A DNA stretch of 63,977 bases, filler included, from Octopus bimaculoides (lineage: Eukaryota), in assembly GCF_001194135.2 (NCBI RefSeq). It is 4 parts of 4 records of this genome, joined end to end, with 100 filler letters (N's around TTAATTAATTAA, not from the genome) between each part and the next. Parts side by side here need not be neighbours in the genome. Positions count along the whole stretch, not along the records: positions 1 to 5,318 come from NC_069001.1; positions 5,419 to 32,339 come from NC_068986.1; 2 more parts are not named here. The stretch is one strand, 5' to 3'. The notes beneath the pieces are model-generated. The model was given only the letters and a program-made list of their open reading frames with translations. It ran no database searches and had not been told where the DNA came from. Positions 1-11,614 of the stretch are shown piece after piece; the first letter of the stretch is position 1, and the number at the start of each line of letters is the position of its first letter. A program made the position numbers and the translations under genes.

Positions 1-57
<57 letters not shown>
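1..57. repeat. Compound (TA)n(TG)n microsatellite
   Basis: Read directly from the sequence. Confidence 0.98.
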
Positions 58-60
<3 letters not shown>

Positions 61-214
61 GGATGACCGCTAGGTGGACATCCTAGACATGCTAGAAAGA
101 GGTCATCAACGGTCATCCCTTATGCACGTGTAATACATTTTTTTCCGAATTTTCTGATACATGCTAGGCCACCCTATCTGTATAAATAATATTTATATAT
201 ATATATCTTTTCCT

Positions 215-1830
215 TATGGTCCCACACAATCTCTGGTTGCTTGTGTTTCAACATGGATGTTTTAATTAAGGTTCACGAATATTCTTTTGACCCATCGGTT
301 TCAATACAGTAAACTTCGTCTCTTGGTTTTACCTTTTTTATATTATCCTGTTCAAGATTGTTCCTGCCATTGCATCATGGCTTATAGGAGCGTACAGTTA
401 AGCAGCCCAAATGTTAGTTTGAGTACTAGCACTGTAAACACATTTTGGGCCACTGTTTTATTGAATGTAGACAGTTCTGAGGTCCAAATTTTATTCATTC
501 GATTGTAATATTCTTTAGTGACACGTCTTTTGTTACAGGTGCCATTGTAAGATATATTTACATCCACCCCTAGATACCTGTAACATTCCTCGTCAGATAC
601 AGGAGAAACGGTCAACTCATTGATGGAGATGTTACTAGTTTGGTTAAAAGTTTTCTCCCTTTTCACTACCATATAACAACATTTATCCTGACCAAACTCC
701 AACCCTACATCCTTTAAGAATGTAACTAGATCAAAGCTCTTTCCATCTCATGCATATTCTTTGCGTAAAGTTTCAAATCGTCCACAAAGAAACAGTGTGT
801 AATTTTGGTATTTCTGTTTCCTTGTGAACCAGTGAGATATCCTTTAGACTTCTTTAACATGAATGACAAGTGATTTACAGAAAGTATAAACAACATCACA
901 GAGACTGTTTCATTGGAATATGCCTTTGTGATACTGTATTCTATCGGTGATAATACAGTCATTCTTTGGTGGCCCCCGATGAAGTCAGGTCATCTATGGC
1001 TTTGACTATTCTCACTGGAACTTTAGCAAGTTGAAGGGCTTCAAGCATCCATGTGTGTGGAACAGAGTCAACGGCTTTCTTGTAATCTAGCCACATTGAA
1101 ACTAGGTTCTACCCATGCTCTCGTACCTCTGACATCACAGTTTTGTTTTGTTCATTAACAGTTGCTTGGCACATCTCCAGATTCCTTTCTTCTCTGCAGC
1201 TTGTTTTGCTGCGATAATGTTATTGGTTTCACAATAGTCTTGGAGAAAGAGGTTTAAACATACTGTATATATCTTATACATAAAGTTCTGGCATGCAATT
1301 GGCCGGTACTTTTTTGCCATGTGGGAGGTTCTGCATTTGGGGATCAATTTTGTGCCTGCCACAGCTAACCAGTACGGTATGCTATTGTTCCCAAATGAAA
1401 GCTTGCTGGTCTGGGTTGATAAGACATGGTCGGTAGAATATTAGTTTATTGTACCAATATCCAACAATCAAGTCTCTTCCAGGTGCTTTTCCATCCTGGA
1501 GTTTCTGGATCACAGTTGCAAGAGTTTCACCATCAATGTTGAATGTCTTGGATGTAATGCAGGAGCAATAACTTTTCCGGATTTCTTCCAGCCACAGAGC
1601 TTCTTTGTTTAATTCCTTCTCTTCACTCCGGAGTTTATGTCTTCTGGTGAAGGAGCTGCTGTGATATCTATTGCTCCTCCTCTCATGTCTCTATATAGTG
1701 CTGCCTGGTTGAGGTTAAATTTTTTGTTTATTGTTCTTCTTTGTGTTATTCTCTTCTGATGTCGGAGGTTTTCACTGACAGCTTTTAGCTCCTGCTTGAG
1801 GGTAATCAGTTTGCAAATGAGTGTATATAT
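215..1830 (-). mobile_element. Degenerate R4/Dong-clade non-LTR retrotransposon: pre-RT region, RT, and a short RLE remnant after an internal deletion
   Basis: Manual minus-strand translation across frameshifts and stops gives LQDGKAPGRDLIVGYWY, YWLAVGR..KLIPK, KKYRPIACQNFMYKIYT, ITHCFFVDDLKLYAKN (RT catalytic F/YxDD), YRYLGVD and, near 215-260, KHKQPEIVWDHK. These match R4-type motifs. Confidence 0.88.
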
Positions 1831-1869
1831 GTATGTATGTATGTATCTATCTATTTATCTATCTATCTA

Positions 1870-2200
1870 TGCATTATGTATGTTCTCTTCTATTTCTATA
1901 TGCTCGAAATAAATTTTCCTGTAAAGAAGAAGCTGGTTTCTCATTAGCATAAAACTTTCCATCATTGGAGTGTAGATAACAAGAAAATTCACGTCTTGGA
2001 CTTGAGGAAAGTCTGGCATATTTTCCCTCTTCCGCCTAGAGGCTATAATTGTAAAGTGCGAGTTAGATCTACAAGTAAAGTCAATGTAAAGTAGTAACAA
2101 GAGTACTGACGCCGTCGTAAACAACTTAGAGGTGTTGTAACGTTGCATGTGTAGGAAGAGGTATTGGTGTCTTTGTTTTCCGTATCATCTATGATCATAC
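1870..2200 (-). mobile_element. Possible MULE-type transposase remnant
   Basis: The ORF segment ASRRKRENMPDFPQ..YTPMMESFML loosely resembles the RRR..P.LP..T.dGe.Fll region upstream of MULE DDE domains. No catalytic motif is seen. Confidence 0.25.
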
Positions 2201-2399
2201 TAACAGAATTCCATGTGGAATAGACTGTATTATATTATCAATTTTGAATAACGTTATCTTGTTAAGTTACTTCTTTTATTTATAGCTGAAGACGTAAACT
2301 ACGTACTTATTTAGGCAAGAGGAGTCGACATAGAAGAAAATGTTCAAAATGTTTTTAAATAAATTGTCCTTTACCGGTGAACGTCTGATTTTGATTTTG

Positions 2400-2617
2400 A
2401 TTTTTACTTCTTTCAGTCATTTGACTGTGGCTATGCTGGAGCAGCACCTTTAGTCGAGCAAATCAACCCACAGGACTTATTCTTTGTGAGCCTAGTACTT
2501 ATTCTATCGGTTCTCTTTTGCCGAACCGCTAAGTTACGGGGACGTAAAGACACCAGCATCGGTTGTGAAGCGATGTTGGATGGACAAACACAGACACACA
2601 AGCATATACACACATAC

Positions 2618-2659
<42 letters not shown>

Positions 2660-2744
2660 GACGGGCTTCTTTCAGTTTCCGTCTACCAAATCCACTCACA
2701 AGGCTTTGTTCGGCCCGAAGCTATAGTAGAAGACACTTGCCCAA
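2400..2744 (-). mobile_element. SINE family A (tRNA-headed, internal microsatellite), 5'-truncated
   Basis: Shares gacgggcttctttcagtttccgtctaccaaatccactcacaaggc and the tail cagtcatttgactg with more than 15 other copies in the window. Confidence 0.9.
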
Positions 2745-3060
2745 TTACAGGTATAAGCCTGAACTCATAATCTGAATAGAGTAACTGCAAATTTCTCAAT
2801 AGTTCAGCATAGGTGTTCTCCTTTTCACTTCGACTTCAACTTTATGTTAACATCCGATGGGCAGTTATTTTCCACAACTGTGCACAGTTTCTCTTTTCTA
2901 TCCCAAATCATTATATCAGGTCTGTTGTGCTTACATTTGATTGGGGTCTTCACTGGTACATTCCACAAGTATTCCTTTTTATTATGAGCGGCTATGCCTT
3001 CTACCATATTGTGGGTTCTTATTTCTTTGTCCTCGGGATTACCCTTCCGACGGATTTCAT
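2740..3060 (-). mobile_element. R4/Dong-type RLE endonuclease fragment
   Basis: EYLWNVPVKTPIKCKHNRPDIMIWDRKEKLCTVVE..CPSDVN..K..YSDYEFRLIPVIG contains the PD-(D/E)xK RLE signature. Confidence 0.85.
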
Positions 3061-3064
3061 TATA

Positions 3065-3821
3065 TGATGTGGGTGTATGTTTGCATGTATATATGTATGT
3101 ATGTATGTGGGTGTATGTTTGCATGTATATATGTATGTAGGTATGTACGTGGGTGTACGTGTATTTTTAATTTTTTATCTTTTATCTTTTACTTGTTTCA
3201 ATAATTGGACTGTGGTCATGCTGGAGCACCCACCTTGAAGAACTTTAGTTGAACGAATCGACCTTACTTCTTTTTCAAAGCCTGATATTTATTCAAATAT
3301 CCGTTTATATACACACGAACCGGTATACGAATATCTGTGTATGTAGGTTTGGATTTACGTGTGTATGAGTGCAAAGGTATAGATACGTACGTATGGACGT
3401 AATCCTGCTGCCTGTATGAGTATGTGTGTATGTATGTGAATGTATGTGTATACTGATATACGTGTGCACGCATGTGTATGTGTGTGTGTGTTGTGTATGT
3501 AGAATCGGATGTGTGTGTACATGAGAACGAATATGCTTAGGTATCTATGTAGTTGAAAAAAAAGGTTAAAGATCTATACAAATCAAATTTTCATATATAA
3601 AAGATGGAGCTCGAAATAGCTCAGATGTCTAAGACATTTCAATTGAAGAGGGAATTTAATAAAAATGATTTTGAAAAACTATATAAAGAAAATATACCGG
3701 TTTCGATGAATCTCATCTTATGAAATATCAGTAAGAATTTATAAAAATTTGAGGTAAAAACATACACACACACACACACACACATAGACACACACACTCA
3801 CACACACACATATATATATAC

Positions 3822-3878
<57 letters not shown>

Positions 3879-4099
3879 TGTATGTATATGTGTATGTGTG
3901 TCTGTGTAAGATATGTGTATATAAATGTAGATGTATATATGTGTGTGTTTGTGTGTGAGTGTATATATATATGTGTGTGTGTGTGTGCGTGTGTATATAT
4001 GTATGTATGCGTATGTGTATGTGTATATATGTTTAATTTATATGCGTGTATGTGTATGTGTATTTGTGTCTGTGCACGCGTGTGTGTGTATACGTGTGA

Positions 4100-4149
<50 letters not shown>

Positions 4150-4160
4150 GTACGAGTGTG
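3065..4160. repeat. Low-complexity (TG/TA/CA)n tracts with a SINE-A tail fragment at about 3180-3300
   Basis: Read directly. All ORFs here are repeat translations. Confidence 0.9.
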
Positions 4161-4653
4161 TCAGGTCATAGGTGACTGTTGAATGAATTGACAACCCAGT
4201 GTACTATTGATATAGCACGTGCCAAAACGTCTGTCACACGACACCGGCATAAACCCACTCATAACCTTAAACTAACTGTGATGACAGACTTTCAATATCC
4301 TTCTTCAACAGGTCCCAGCCAATCTACATCGCCCTTCCAGAAAATTTTGCCTGTATATATTCTTTCTTTCCATTTTCTAGTACCATTCCCTCGCTTTAAA
4401 CTTAATATAATCTAATTTTTTTTCTCCACCAGTCTCATATTATTTATATCTCTCTCCCATTTACTCTCCCTCGATACGATTTTTTTTTTCGTCTTTTCAT
4501 CCTTTCTTGTCTACAGTTTATATATACAAATACAGTACTGGAAACATTATGTATTTTTGGAATATTTGGTATTTCTATATACAGAGGTAACATAAAGTAA
4601 ATTTATATATTAGCAAATGATATATTTCCTATTATTTACGCAAAACTAGTATT

Positions 4654-5135
4654 TCAATAGTCAGTTTGCTCTCCTTTAGCAGAATTAAGGGCTTGTACAC
4701 GTCATGGCATTCCACGAAGAAGTATTCTTTACAAGTCCTTGATTCTGTCCGACATGGAACCTAACTTGTATGAGGTGCTCAATAAGGAGGCATTTGGTTG
4801 TAATAGAGGGATTGATGTATTTCATCTTTCAACAGACACTATACGCTCTCAAGTGGATTCCTGTCAGGTGAATCTCCTGGCCATTGAAGTACGTTAATAG
4901 CATCGTCGGCGAACCATGTCTTTAACGATTTTGCTGTATTGCATGGTGCCGAGTTCTGTTGGAATATCCAAGGCCTGTTTCCATATCATTCCCGTACTTG
5001 TTGTGGTTTTAGTCTACTTCTAAGTACCGCTATGTAGCTCTCTTGCTTCATAGAACCTTCAATTGTTTTCAAACGGCTAGTTTCGTGGCCAGAAATTGTC
5101 CCGCAAACCATAATCTTTCTGTGGAAATTTTAGTG
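4654..5135 (-). mobile_element. Tc1/mariner transposase C-terminal (DDE) relic
   Basis: KFPQK.IMVCGTISG..IEGSMKQESY..PWIFQQNSAPCNTAKSLKTWFADDAINVLQWPGDSPDRNPLE..AKGEQTDY* matches the Tc1 motifs FQQDNAPCH and WPxxSPDLNPIE. Stop codon at 4654-4656. Confidence 0.88.
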
Positions 5136-5362
5136 TTTTTCGAAGACAACCCGCACGCATCATATATAGGCGCATCAGTGGCTGTGTGGACGTACGTCTC
5201 CATATGTGTCCATGAGTGAAGTAAAGTGTATGTATATATGGTCATGTGTTTCAGTCTTCATCTGTATGTGAGCTTGTCTGTTCATATAACCTATGCACCT
5301 ATCCATATACATATATATNNNNNNNNNNNNNNNNNNNNNNNNNNNNNNNNNNNNNNNNNNNN

Positions 5363-5374
5363 TTAATTAATTAA
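5363..5374. other. Artificial TTAATTAATTAA spacer inside an N gap (also 32384-32395 and 62635-62646)
   Basis: The identical 12-mer sits centred in three N runs and encodes stops in all six frames. Confidence 0.92.
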
Positions 5375-5547
5375 NNNNNNNNNNNNNNNNNNNNNNNNNN
5401 NNNNNNNNNNNNNNNNNNAAAATTTAAAAGTTTAAAAACCTTATAATATAAATATAAACTGTGAGAACGACCCTTAAGGAATCTAGTTAATGATCTCCTA
5501 AGGTAAGTTCTTATGCTATATTGGTAACGGTTGCTACATCCTCTGGA

Positions 5548-5587
<40 letters not shown>

Positions 5588-5948
5588 TAATATCAATGGG
5601 TAATCTGAAATATTAGAAATTTCCATTACCAGTGGCCTAGGTAAAAATTTAGTCAATGCACTATATATTGTTCATATAAATGCAGTGTACATTTAAACAC
5701 ATAAGAGGACTAGTCCACCATAGGACTACCTGCACGCCATAGATACCTGCTGAAGAAGGCTTCGCCTAGCAAATTATTTTATTTGCAAAAGAAAGTCTGA
5801 GACCATTTGGCCCAGGAGTTAGATGGTAAATGTTTTTACATTTCATTCCCTTCCAAATTCTATCCCTAATAGTGGTTTGGAATTTAACTGTCCTCTCTAG
5901 CGTGCAAGTAGTCTTATGATGGATACCTCTTATGAGTTTAAATGTACA

Positions 5949-5990
<42 letters not shown>

Positions 5991-6089
5991 GTCGATGTGT
6001 ATATATTTATGGGGTATAGAGTGAGGGAGTGGAGTAAGATACTTGGAGTTGTGAAAGGCATGCTAAGAGATAAAAGGTTGAGTATAAAA

Positions 6090-6272
6090 TACACAATAAC
6101 TACAGGACATCAACGAGTGAAAAATACGTAAACACACAAGAGATAAGTACAGGACAAAATGCCAAAAAGATACCAAGATATACACAATAAGTACAGAGCA
6201 TCACGAACGAGTAAAAAATACGTGAACATACGAGAGATAGGTACAGGACAAAATACCGAAGGAAGATAACAC
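6090..6272. repeat. Two diverged tandem copies of an approximately 91-bp unit
   Basis: tacacaataa..acgagt.aaaaatacgt.aaca.ac.agagata.gtacaggacaaaat starts at both 6090 and 6181. Confidence 0.85.
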
Positions 6273-7039
6273 CACGTCAGTTGTCGACTGTTTTACTACT
6301 CCTTATTTCGTGCTTTCAACGACAAGACAGGAAACCTTCGTAAGGCAGCAGCATCCCGAGATTTAAAAAATATAAAATTTGTGGAGAGTTAGGACTTCGA
6401 GCGACCAAGCAACAACAGAGTGGACGAACAGAGTAAACAATCGCCGAAGACAAACATTAAGGGCCGTTATGCCAAGACGAATAGTAATAGGTAACGCCTG
6501 GGGGAAATGTTGAAAGGATATACAATAAATAGAAGCGTGTATATATATATATATGTTTATAGAAAGATATATACGAGTATATATACAGGGGGCCAGTATG
6601 TGGACTGGTCATGCGCTAGAAGATCACATGTCATGTGTCTCCTAAGACCGAATAAATCTCAAAGGGAATTTAATACATACACACATATACATACAAACAT
6701 ATATATATGTATATGTGTGTGTAATATCTATGCACTCACACTTCGTCCATTCAATGGATTTCCACATAGTTTCCATCTAACGAAATCTAGTGAATGAATT
6801 TTCGTAACAGGAAGTGTGTAGAAGTCTGTTGAGCGGAATGCACTAGTATCTCAAACGTTCAACCTTGTCGCATGCTGTGTGACACTCATTTTACCTCGCA
6901 ATTACGTTAAAAGACCACGAATCTTAGAATATTAAGCTACTTCGCAGGTTAATTCAATGGATGAGTTGTGCTGTTGATTAAACAACTCGAAGCTTATACT
7001 GCGAGATGGGCCGATGAGGCTACACCCCCCCCCCCCCNN

Positions 7040-7625
7040 NNNNNNNNNNNNNNNNACACACAAATTCACACAGATACGAGACAGGGTATAAATACTCACT
7101 CCTTCAGCATCTCACCATTTATACTCACAACCAGAGTCGGAGACTAGCAAAATCCTCTGGGAGTTCCCAATCCAAACAGATCAGGTGCTGGAGCATAACA
7201 GACCGGACCCAGTGCTGGTGGACAAGGTGCACAACATATGCTATATAGTTGGCGTTGCATGCCCTTTTGACCCATGAATAGTCAAGAAAGAAGACGAAAA
7301 GATAGATACAACCTTCTTAAATACGAAATAGCCTGGCTATGGAAAATGAAGGTGAAGTTAGCGTCGATTATTGTTGAGTCCTTGGGAACAGTATCAGAAG
7401 GCACCAAGAAGAATATAACAGAAATTGGAATAGAGTGCCCAGCAGAGCTGTAACAAAAGATTTGCCTACTTGGCATGGCCAGAATAACCAGGAAAGTATT
7501 ATCTAGCTGACAAGAATGAATAGCATGGTACCGTATGTTGCAGGTAGTAAGCCCGCTACGCATGCAAGAGTCGAAGAGCTCCAACAAAACCTGTGATAAA
7601 GAGAAAAATAATAATAATAGTAATA
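7040..7625 (+). mobile_element. 3' end of an R4/Dong-type element: RLE domain, 3' UTR and (TAA)n tail
   Basis: KILWEFPIQTDQVLEHNRPDPVLVDK..CYIVGVACPFDP..KIDRY..LKYEIAWLWKMKV..ESLGTV..QKICLLGMARITRKVLSS*, followed by about 100 bp of UTR and aataataataatag. Confidence 0.9.
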
Positions 7626-7790
7626 ATATGAATCCTGTCTACTAAAGGCACAAGGCTCGACACTTTGTGGGATTACATCGACTCCAGTACTCGACTGGTT
7701 CCTATTTTATCGCCTCCGAAAGGATGAAAGGCAAAGACGACCTCGGAAGAATTAAAGACGGACGAAATGGCGCTGAGCATCTTGCCCGGC
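7625..7790 (-). mobile_element. SINE family B copy
   Basis: Contains the shared core cgaaaggatgaaaggcaaag.cgacctcgg and the tail aatcctgtctactaaaggcacaaggc. Confidence 0.85.
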
Positions 7791-7970
7791 GTTCTTCTTC
7801 TTCTTCTTCTTCTTCTTCTTCTTCTTCTTCTTCTTCTTCTTCTTCTTCTTCTTCTTCTTCTTCTTCTTCTTCTTCTTCTTCTTCTTCTTCTTCTTCTTCT
7901 TCTTCTTCTTCTTCTTCTTCTTCTTCTTCTTCTCCTTCTTCTTCTTCTTCTTCTTCTTCTTCTTCTCCTT

Positions 7971-8032
<62 letters not shown>

Positions 8033-8046
8033 CATGATCATGATGA
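7790..8046. repeat. (TTC)n of about 180 bp followed by (GAT)n
   Basis: Read directly. It is the source of the spurious poly-S/L/R/D ORFs. Confidence 0.98.
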
Positions 8047-8275
8047 AGAAGAAAAGAATAAGTAGAAGGGAGGGTGGAGAAAATAATGAGAAAGTAGAAG
8101 GGGAAGGGTGAAGAAAAAAAAACACGGTCGAAGCATTACTGACTTTATCAAAGCCCTAAATACATAAAGTACAGAGGAAAGTAAGGTTGACATCTAACTA
8201 CGAGTTGGCTCGCAAATGCTAATCAAAATCTTAATAGCTCTGCAATTATGTATTTTCACCAAGTGCATGCAAGTT

Positions 8276-8276
<1 letters not shown>

Positions 8277-8349
<73 letters not shown>

Positions 8350-8498
8350 NNNNNNNNNNNNNNNNNNNNNNNNNNNNNNNNNNNNNNNNNNNNNNNNNNN
8401 NNNNNNNNNNNNNNNNNNNNNNNNNNNNNNNNNNNNNNNNNNNNNNNNNNNNNNNNNNNNNNNNNNNNNNNNNNNNNNNNNNNNNNNNNNNNNNNNNN

Positions 8499-8565
<67 letters not shown>

Positions 8566-8620
8566 TAGAGATAGAGATAGAGATAGAGACAGATAGATAG
8601 ATAGAGCGAGAGAGAGAGAG
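8277..8620. repeat. (GA)n/(GATA)n microsatellite spanning a gap
   Basis: Read directly. Confidence 0.95.
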
Positions 8621-8945
8621 CAAAATCGAAAGAGGCAAATGTTCATGCAGTACGTTGCAATACAGTCTGTCATTCATTATTCCCGAGTAATTAATCTCAA
8701 ATAAGTCGATAAACAAGATTCTGTGTGATTGATTAACATCACTCTAGATAGCAGTGCCTACGCTTTAATCCTCTTTGGTCGTTCTAATGACATCTAGTAA
8801 GGATAAGTGCTATATTTGCACCACAGTGTGTAGAATGAATACGCACAAAGAAACTACGTTACTTTGACAGATTCTGTTGTGATACTTACCGTCTCCAAAC
8901 TATCAACGTGTTTATGTGTGTGTGTGTGTTTTTGCTGAGTGCGTG

Positions 8946-8982
<37 letters not shown>

Positions 8983-8999
8983 NNNNNNNNNNGTGTGTG

Positions 9000-9034
<35 letters not shown>

Positions 9035-9749
9035 GTAGGTGTATGTAAGTGTGCATGCTTATATTGTATGTATTACATGTGTGATTGCGTATAGTGTGTA
9101 CTTTTTCATGCGTGCAGTTTTCTGTGATAGATTGAGTTTGTATGTATAAATGCTGATATGCGCACGTCTGAGCTGTTGTCTCATGCCAACATTGATCTAG
9201 CAGAACTATGATCAAATGCACTACAACCTTGACATATCTCGTTATTTTGGGGTTTAAACATTACTTTAGATAATGTACTTATTAGATAAAAACAAATTAT
9301 CAAATAAATTCTTTCCTCTAAAAGCACCTTATCTAATAAGATCTTTCTTTTTGAAGACACTCGGGCAGTGCTCCAAACCTCTACACAGCAACATTAAATG
9401 TCTTACTGTAAAATGCAGCAAGGTGTGTTGCATAAACAACACTATGTAACGAATTAATATTTTTTGTCTTTGGTCAGTAAATGTTACTTCCTATTTGCTT
9501 CTATCTAGAAATCAAAGGAAATGACTACTACTCCCTTCAAACTTTGCTTTTGTGACATGCACATTAATGTTTCGAAACTAACCTATTTTGCATTACATTT
9601 CAGTCAGTTTCAGCGCTGAGTTGCTGAAGCAGAAGTATCGTTATAGCAAACGTTCTCTGATGAAATGACTTAACATTTTAATAAACAATCACATATACCA
9701 TTTTAAAAGTACATCTTTGGCTTTTGATCAAAAGCTGCCCCAAAGTACT

Positions 9750-10108
9750 TTATGTCTTTTACTTGTTTCAGTCACTGGCTTGAAAAATTTTTAGTCGGAT
9801 GATTCGATCCCAGTATTTGTATATTTTTAGCACTGGTACTTATTTTATCGGTCTCTTTTGTCGAACCGCAAAGGTACGGAGACGTAAACAAATCGACGCC
9901 AGTTGACAAGCAGTGGGGGAAGACAAACGCAGACAAAAAGACATATATATACGGCAGGCTTCTTTCAGTTTCCGTCTACCAAATCTACTCACAAGACTTT
10001 TGTTGACCCGAGGCTATAGCAGAAGACACTTGCCCAAGGCGCCACGCTGTAAGACTAAACCTGGAATCATGTCGTTGGGAAGCAAGCTTCTTACTACACA
10101 GTCACTCT
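9750..10108 (-). mobile_element. SINE family A, near full length
   Basis: Tail, core and tRNA-like head (aagcaagcttcttactacacag) are all present. Confidence 0.88.
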
Positions 10109-10954
10109 AAAGTCTACCACAAATACAACAGTTTGCGGTTAAGTGGAATCTAAAAGGGAATGTGTTTGTTATATTTGGCAGGCAGAGTCTCCTTGTTAGC
10201 TAATTTTATGTCGCACAAGACGCTATCAACTCTATCGTGCCTCTTAGCTCACTTTGCACTCGCACTGCGTTTCAAAAAAATATCATAGTTGATAAAAGAA
10301 GGCAAGAATGGTTACAGATGGAATGTCTTCGATTACAGTTCGGCTTTCTCAGTGACGTGGGACTAAAAAAAACAACAGAACAAGCAACATTGAAATGGTA
10401 GTGCAGTTTCATCACTATAATATATACTTACACTTGAGCGCAACCCGCTTTATAAATCATTTTCTTTAGCTACACAGAATAATCTGTAGCAGTTCTTACA
10501 TCGGCACCGGCTATTTAATCAATCATGTTTACGTTGTGCAGATTCAAGCGTTTGTTAAAACTTTCAAATTAACTTTTACTAGCCAGATTTTCTCATAAAA
10601 GTTTCACTTTACTTTTTCTGCTAGTCGCCATACAAACTTTTGGTTGTTTTTTTTTATATTTTCAATTGCCATCGTGCTTATCGGCACATTATGCCGAGAC
10701 TGATCCCCTATCTATACAGTTTCTTTCATTTCAAGCATCACATTAGATATATTGATGTCCAAGCAGTAAACGGATTAGCTTCTTGAGCTCTTAATTTTCT
10801 CTTTATTTTCACGTATTATTGCCACAGTAGCAAGTTTTAATGGTTTTTCTTCCCGAAGTCATTGTAGGACATCGAGATTCATAATCACTGTAATCCCTTT
10901 ACGGCTTCTTTTTGCAATACTGCCCATAGTTACATTTGACGGCTTGTCTTCAAT

Positions 10955-11096
10955 AGCTTCTGTCCATCCCGAAAAGATGAAAGGCAAAAATCAACCTGGG
11001 TAGAATTTAAACTGAGAACGTAAAGAGCCGGAAGAAATGCCGCTAAGCATTTCGCCCGACTTACGATAACAGCAACAATAGCAACGATTTACTAAA

Positions 11097-11127
<31 letters not shown>

Positions 11128-11540
11128 AATAATAATAATAATAGTAATAATAATAACAATAATAATAAGAAGAATGACAATAATAACGGTTTCAAATTTT
11201 GAAACGGGAACAGCAATTTTGGTGTAGGACGTAAGTCTATTACGTCGACACCAGTACTCAACTGATACTTATTTTATCGTTCTCGAATGGATGAAAGACA
11301 AAGTCGACATCGGCGGAATTTGAACTCAGAACGTAAAGACGGACGAAACAACGTTAAACATTTTGCTCAGCGTGCTAACGAGTCTGCCAGCTTGCCGTTT
11401 TAATAACGGTAAATACAACAGTAATAACAAAAATGATGATGATGATGATGATGATAATAATTATTTCTACTATAGGCACAAAACTTGAAATTTTTGGGGA
11501 ACGGGAGGGCTAGTCAATTATATTCACCCCAGTGTTCAAT
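10955..11540 (-). mobile_element. Array of three SINE-B copies or fragments separated by (ACT)n/(AAT)n/(GAT)n
   Basis: Repeated family-B core and tails at about 10960-11060, 11170-11400 and 11460-11540. Confidence 0.85.
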
Positions 11541-11546
11541 TCATGC

Positions 11547-11603
<57 letters not shown>

Positions 11604-11614
11604 ATAATAATAAT

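Noticed and set aside
5750-5772. Hammerhead-like CTGAAGA plus an AGGC/GCCT stem
   Set aside because: It is followed by AGCAAA rather than GAAA, with no helix I or III.
7667-8125. Poly-Ser/Leu/Arg/Asp ORFs of 114-150 aa
   Set aside because: They are translations of (TTC)n/(GAT)n that are open in most frames, with no coding signal.
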